A stretch of 64,000 bases of DNA from Paraspadella gotoi (lineage: Eukaryota; Animalia; Chaetognatha), in contig CM119269.1 of NCBI GenBank assembly GCA_051294375.1, forward strand, positions 23,355,497 through 23,419,496, read 5' to 3'. The translations under genes were made by a program, and so were the position numbers. Under the pieces are notes generated by a model, which saw only the letters and a list, made by a program, of their open reading frames with translations, had not been told where the DNA came from and searched no databases. The first letter of the stretch is position 1. Each line of letters begins with the position of its first letter. Below, one piece after another: positions 62,586-64,000 of the stretch.

Positions 62586-63207
62586 ATGGAATTGGGTTTC
62601 GAAGGATTAGGGCGAAACAACGCGTCCTTCGCTGGAGCAGAGTCGCCCGCTCCTTCGCCCGCTCCTGTGCCCGCCCCAGTGCCCGCTCACGACCCTGCCT
62701 CTCTCGGTTTCGATGCCCTATACCCGCCAACCGATGGACAGACCGACCGAACAGATGCAGATCGTCACCTGCTAGAATCGGACGACGTCGCCGCCCGACA
62801 AAGATACGAGTCGATCGCCCCGAGGAGAATTTCTACGCCAGAGATGGAGGGACAGGAATTTCGAGGAGTCGTGGAGAGAGACAGAGAGAGAGGTGAGAGA
62901 GAGGGGGAGAGAGAGGGAGAGAGTNNNNNNNNNNNNNNNNNNNNNNNNNNNNNNNNNNNNNNNNNNNNNNNNNNNNNNNNNNNNNNNNNNNNNNNNNNNN
63001 NNNNNNNNNNNNNNNNNNNNNNNNNNNNNNNNNNNNNNNNNNNNNNNNNNNNNNNNNNNNNNNNNNNNNNNNNNNNNNNNNNNNNNNNNNNNNNNNNNNN
63101 NNNNNNNNNNNNNNNNNNNNNNNNNNNNNNNNNNNNNNNNNNNNNNNNNNNNNNNNNNNNNNNNNNNNNNNNNNNNNNNNNNNNNNNNNNNNNNNNNNNN
63201 NNNNNNN

Positions 63208-63245
<38 letters not shown>

Positions 63246-64000
63246 CTAAATTTTTCATTTTTAATCTCAGGTGCATCACTTTATTTTGAGGACGGAATTC
63301 GGAGAATCGATTTCATTTTGGCTTATGAAGTAAAAGTGAGTAGGGTTAGCTAAGAAAGTTCTATTGGTTAGTTTTAATCTTAATTCTCTTAATTAACCAA
63401 ACTGCATCCCCTCCTGCATCCCCTCCTGCATCTCCTCCTGTAGACAGGTGCAGACTACGACGAAGCAGAAGTCAAAGCACAACAACGAAGGTCGACCTTC
63501 GAATGTTCCTTGAAGGAAGAATTTGGTCTCGAGTTGGAAACGGTCGCTCCCGCGACGACGTCGACGACGAAGACCACATTTGTTAAAGTCCACGCCCCTT
63601 GGGACGTCTTGTGTTTAAGAGCGGAAATGGTGAGTTGGTTGGATCGATCGATTGATTGGTTGGATTTATTGGTTGGATTTATCTCTCTTCCCATTTTCCC
63701 CCCAAAAAGTCCCGCCTTAAAATGATCGATTGATTGATTGGTTGGATTGATTGGTTGGATTTATCTCCCTTCCCATTTTCCCCCCAAAAAGTCCTGCCTT
63801 AAAATGATCGATTGATTGATTGGTTGGATTGATTGGTTGGATTTATCTCCCTTCCCATTTTCTCCCCAAAAAGTCCCGCCTTAAAATGATCGATCGATTG
63901 ATTGGTTGGATTGATTGGTTGGATTGATTGGTTGGATTTATCTCCCTTCCCATTTTTCCCCCAAAAAGTCCCGCCTAAAAATGCCGATCCGTGCGGACGA
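62586..64000 (+). CDS. Anoctamin exons 1-4 (second copy/allele, runs off the window)
   Basis: Exons 62586-62892, 63271-63335 (GASLYFEDGIRRIDFILAYEVK), 63444-63629 (RRSTFECSLKEEFGLELE...FVKVHAPWDVLCLRAEM), 63969- (SRLKMPIRAD), all with GT-AG and consistent phase. Confidence 0.88.
63640..63983 (+). repeat. ~82-bp tandem repeat containing the anoctamin acceptor and first exon bases
   Basis: Unit ...CCCATTTTCCCCCAAAAAG|TCCCGCCTTAAAATG-ATCGATTGATTGGTTGGATT...; 4 acceptor copies here, 6 at 57380-57880(-) and 6 at ~46990-47500. Confidence 0.9.

Larger units (their letters stand above)
57350..64000. repeat. Inverted duplication centred on a (GA)n tract at ~60935-61037
   Basis: ~60930 pairs with ~61040, 59382 with 62586, ~57360 with 64000. 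Confidence 0.92.

Overview
AT-rich, intron-containing eukaryotic DNA, most likely an invertebrate animal, from a noisy draft assembly. Four genes can be reconstructed across introns: an SLC37A-type sugar-phosphate exchanger (+, ~9248-13268), an arrestin with a long N-terminal extension (+, 15214-23516), a SMYD SET-MYND methyltransferase (-, ~24270-30990) and an anoctamin/TMEM16 (-, 59382 to <=48210, with further partial copies on +). The 3' end of an unidentified gene lies at 4717-8147. Large fold-backs (1-10187, ~35250-38350, ~57350-64000) and an insertion-rich stretch (~35900-47800) look like long-read or amplification artefacts, but they expose allelic insertion differences. The most interesting signals are: (i) a dispersed TGT...ACA element with a tRNA-Met-like core, one copy of which forms almost an entire intron; (ii) many minisatellites whose units contain the adjacent splice site; (iii) two Penelope-type insertions carrying minimal hammerhead ribozymes with covarying stem II; (iv) a complete TRIM; (v) an LTR-like segment followed by a 43-nt tRNA-Leu 3' half including CCA. 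All alignments were made by eye and coordinates in noisy regions are approximate.
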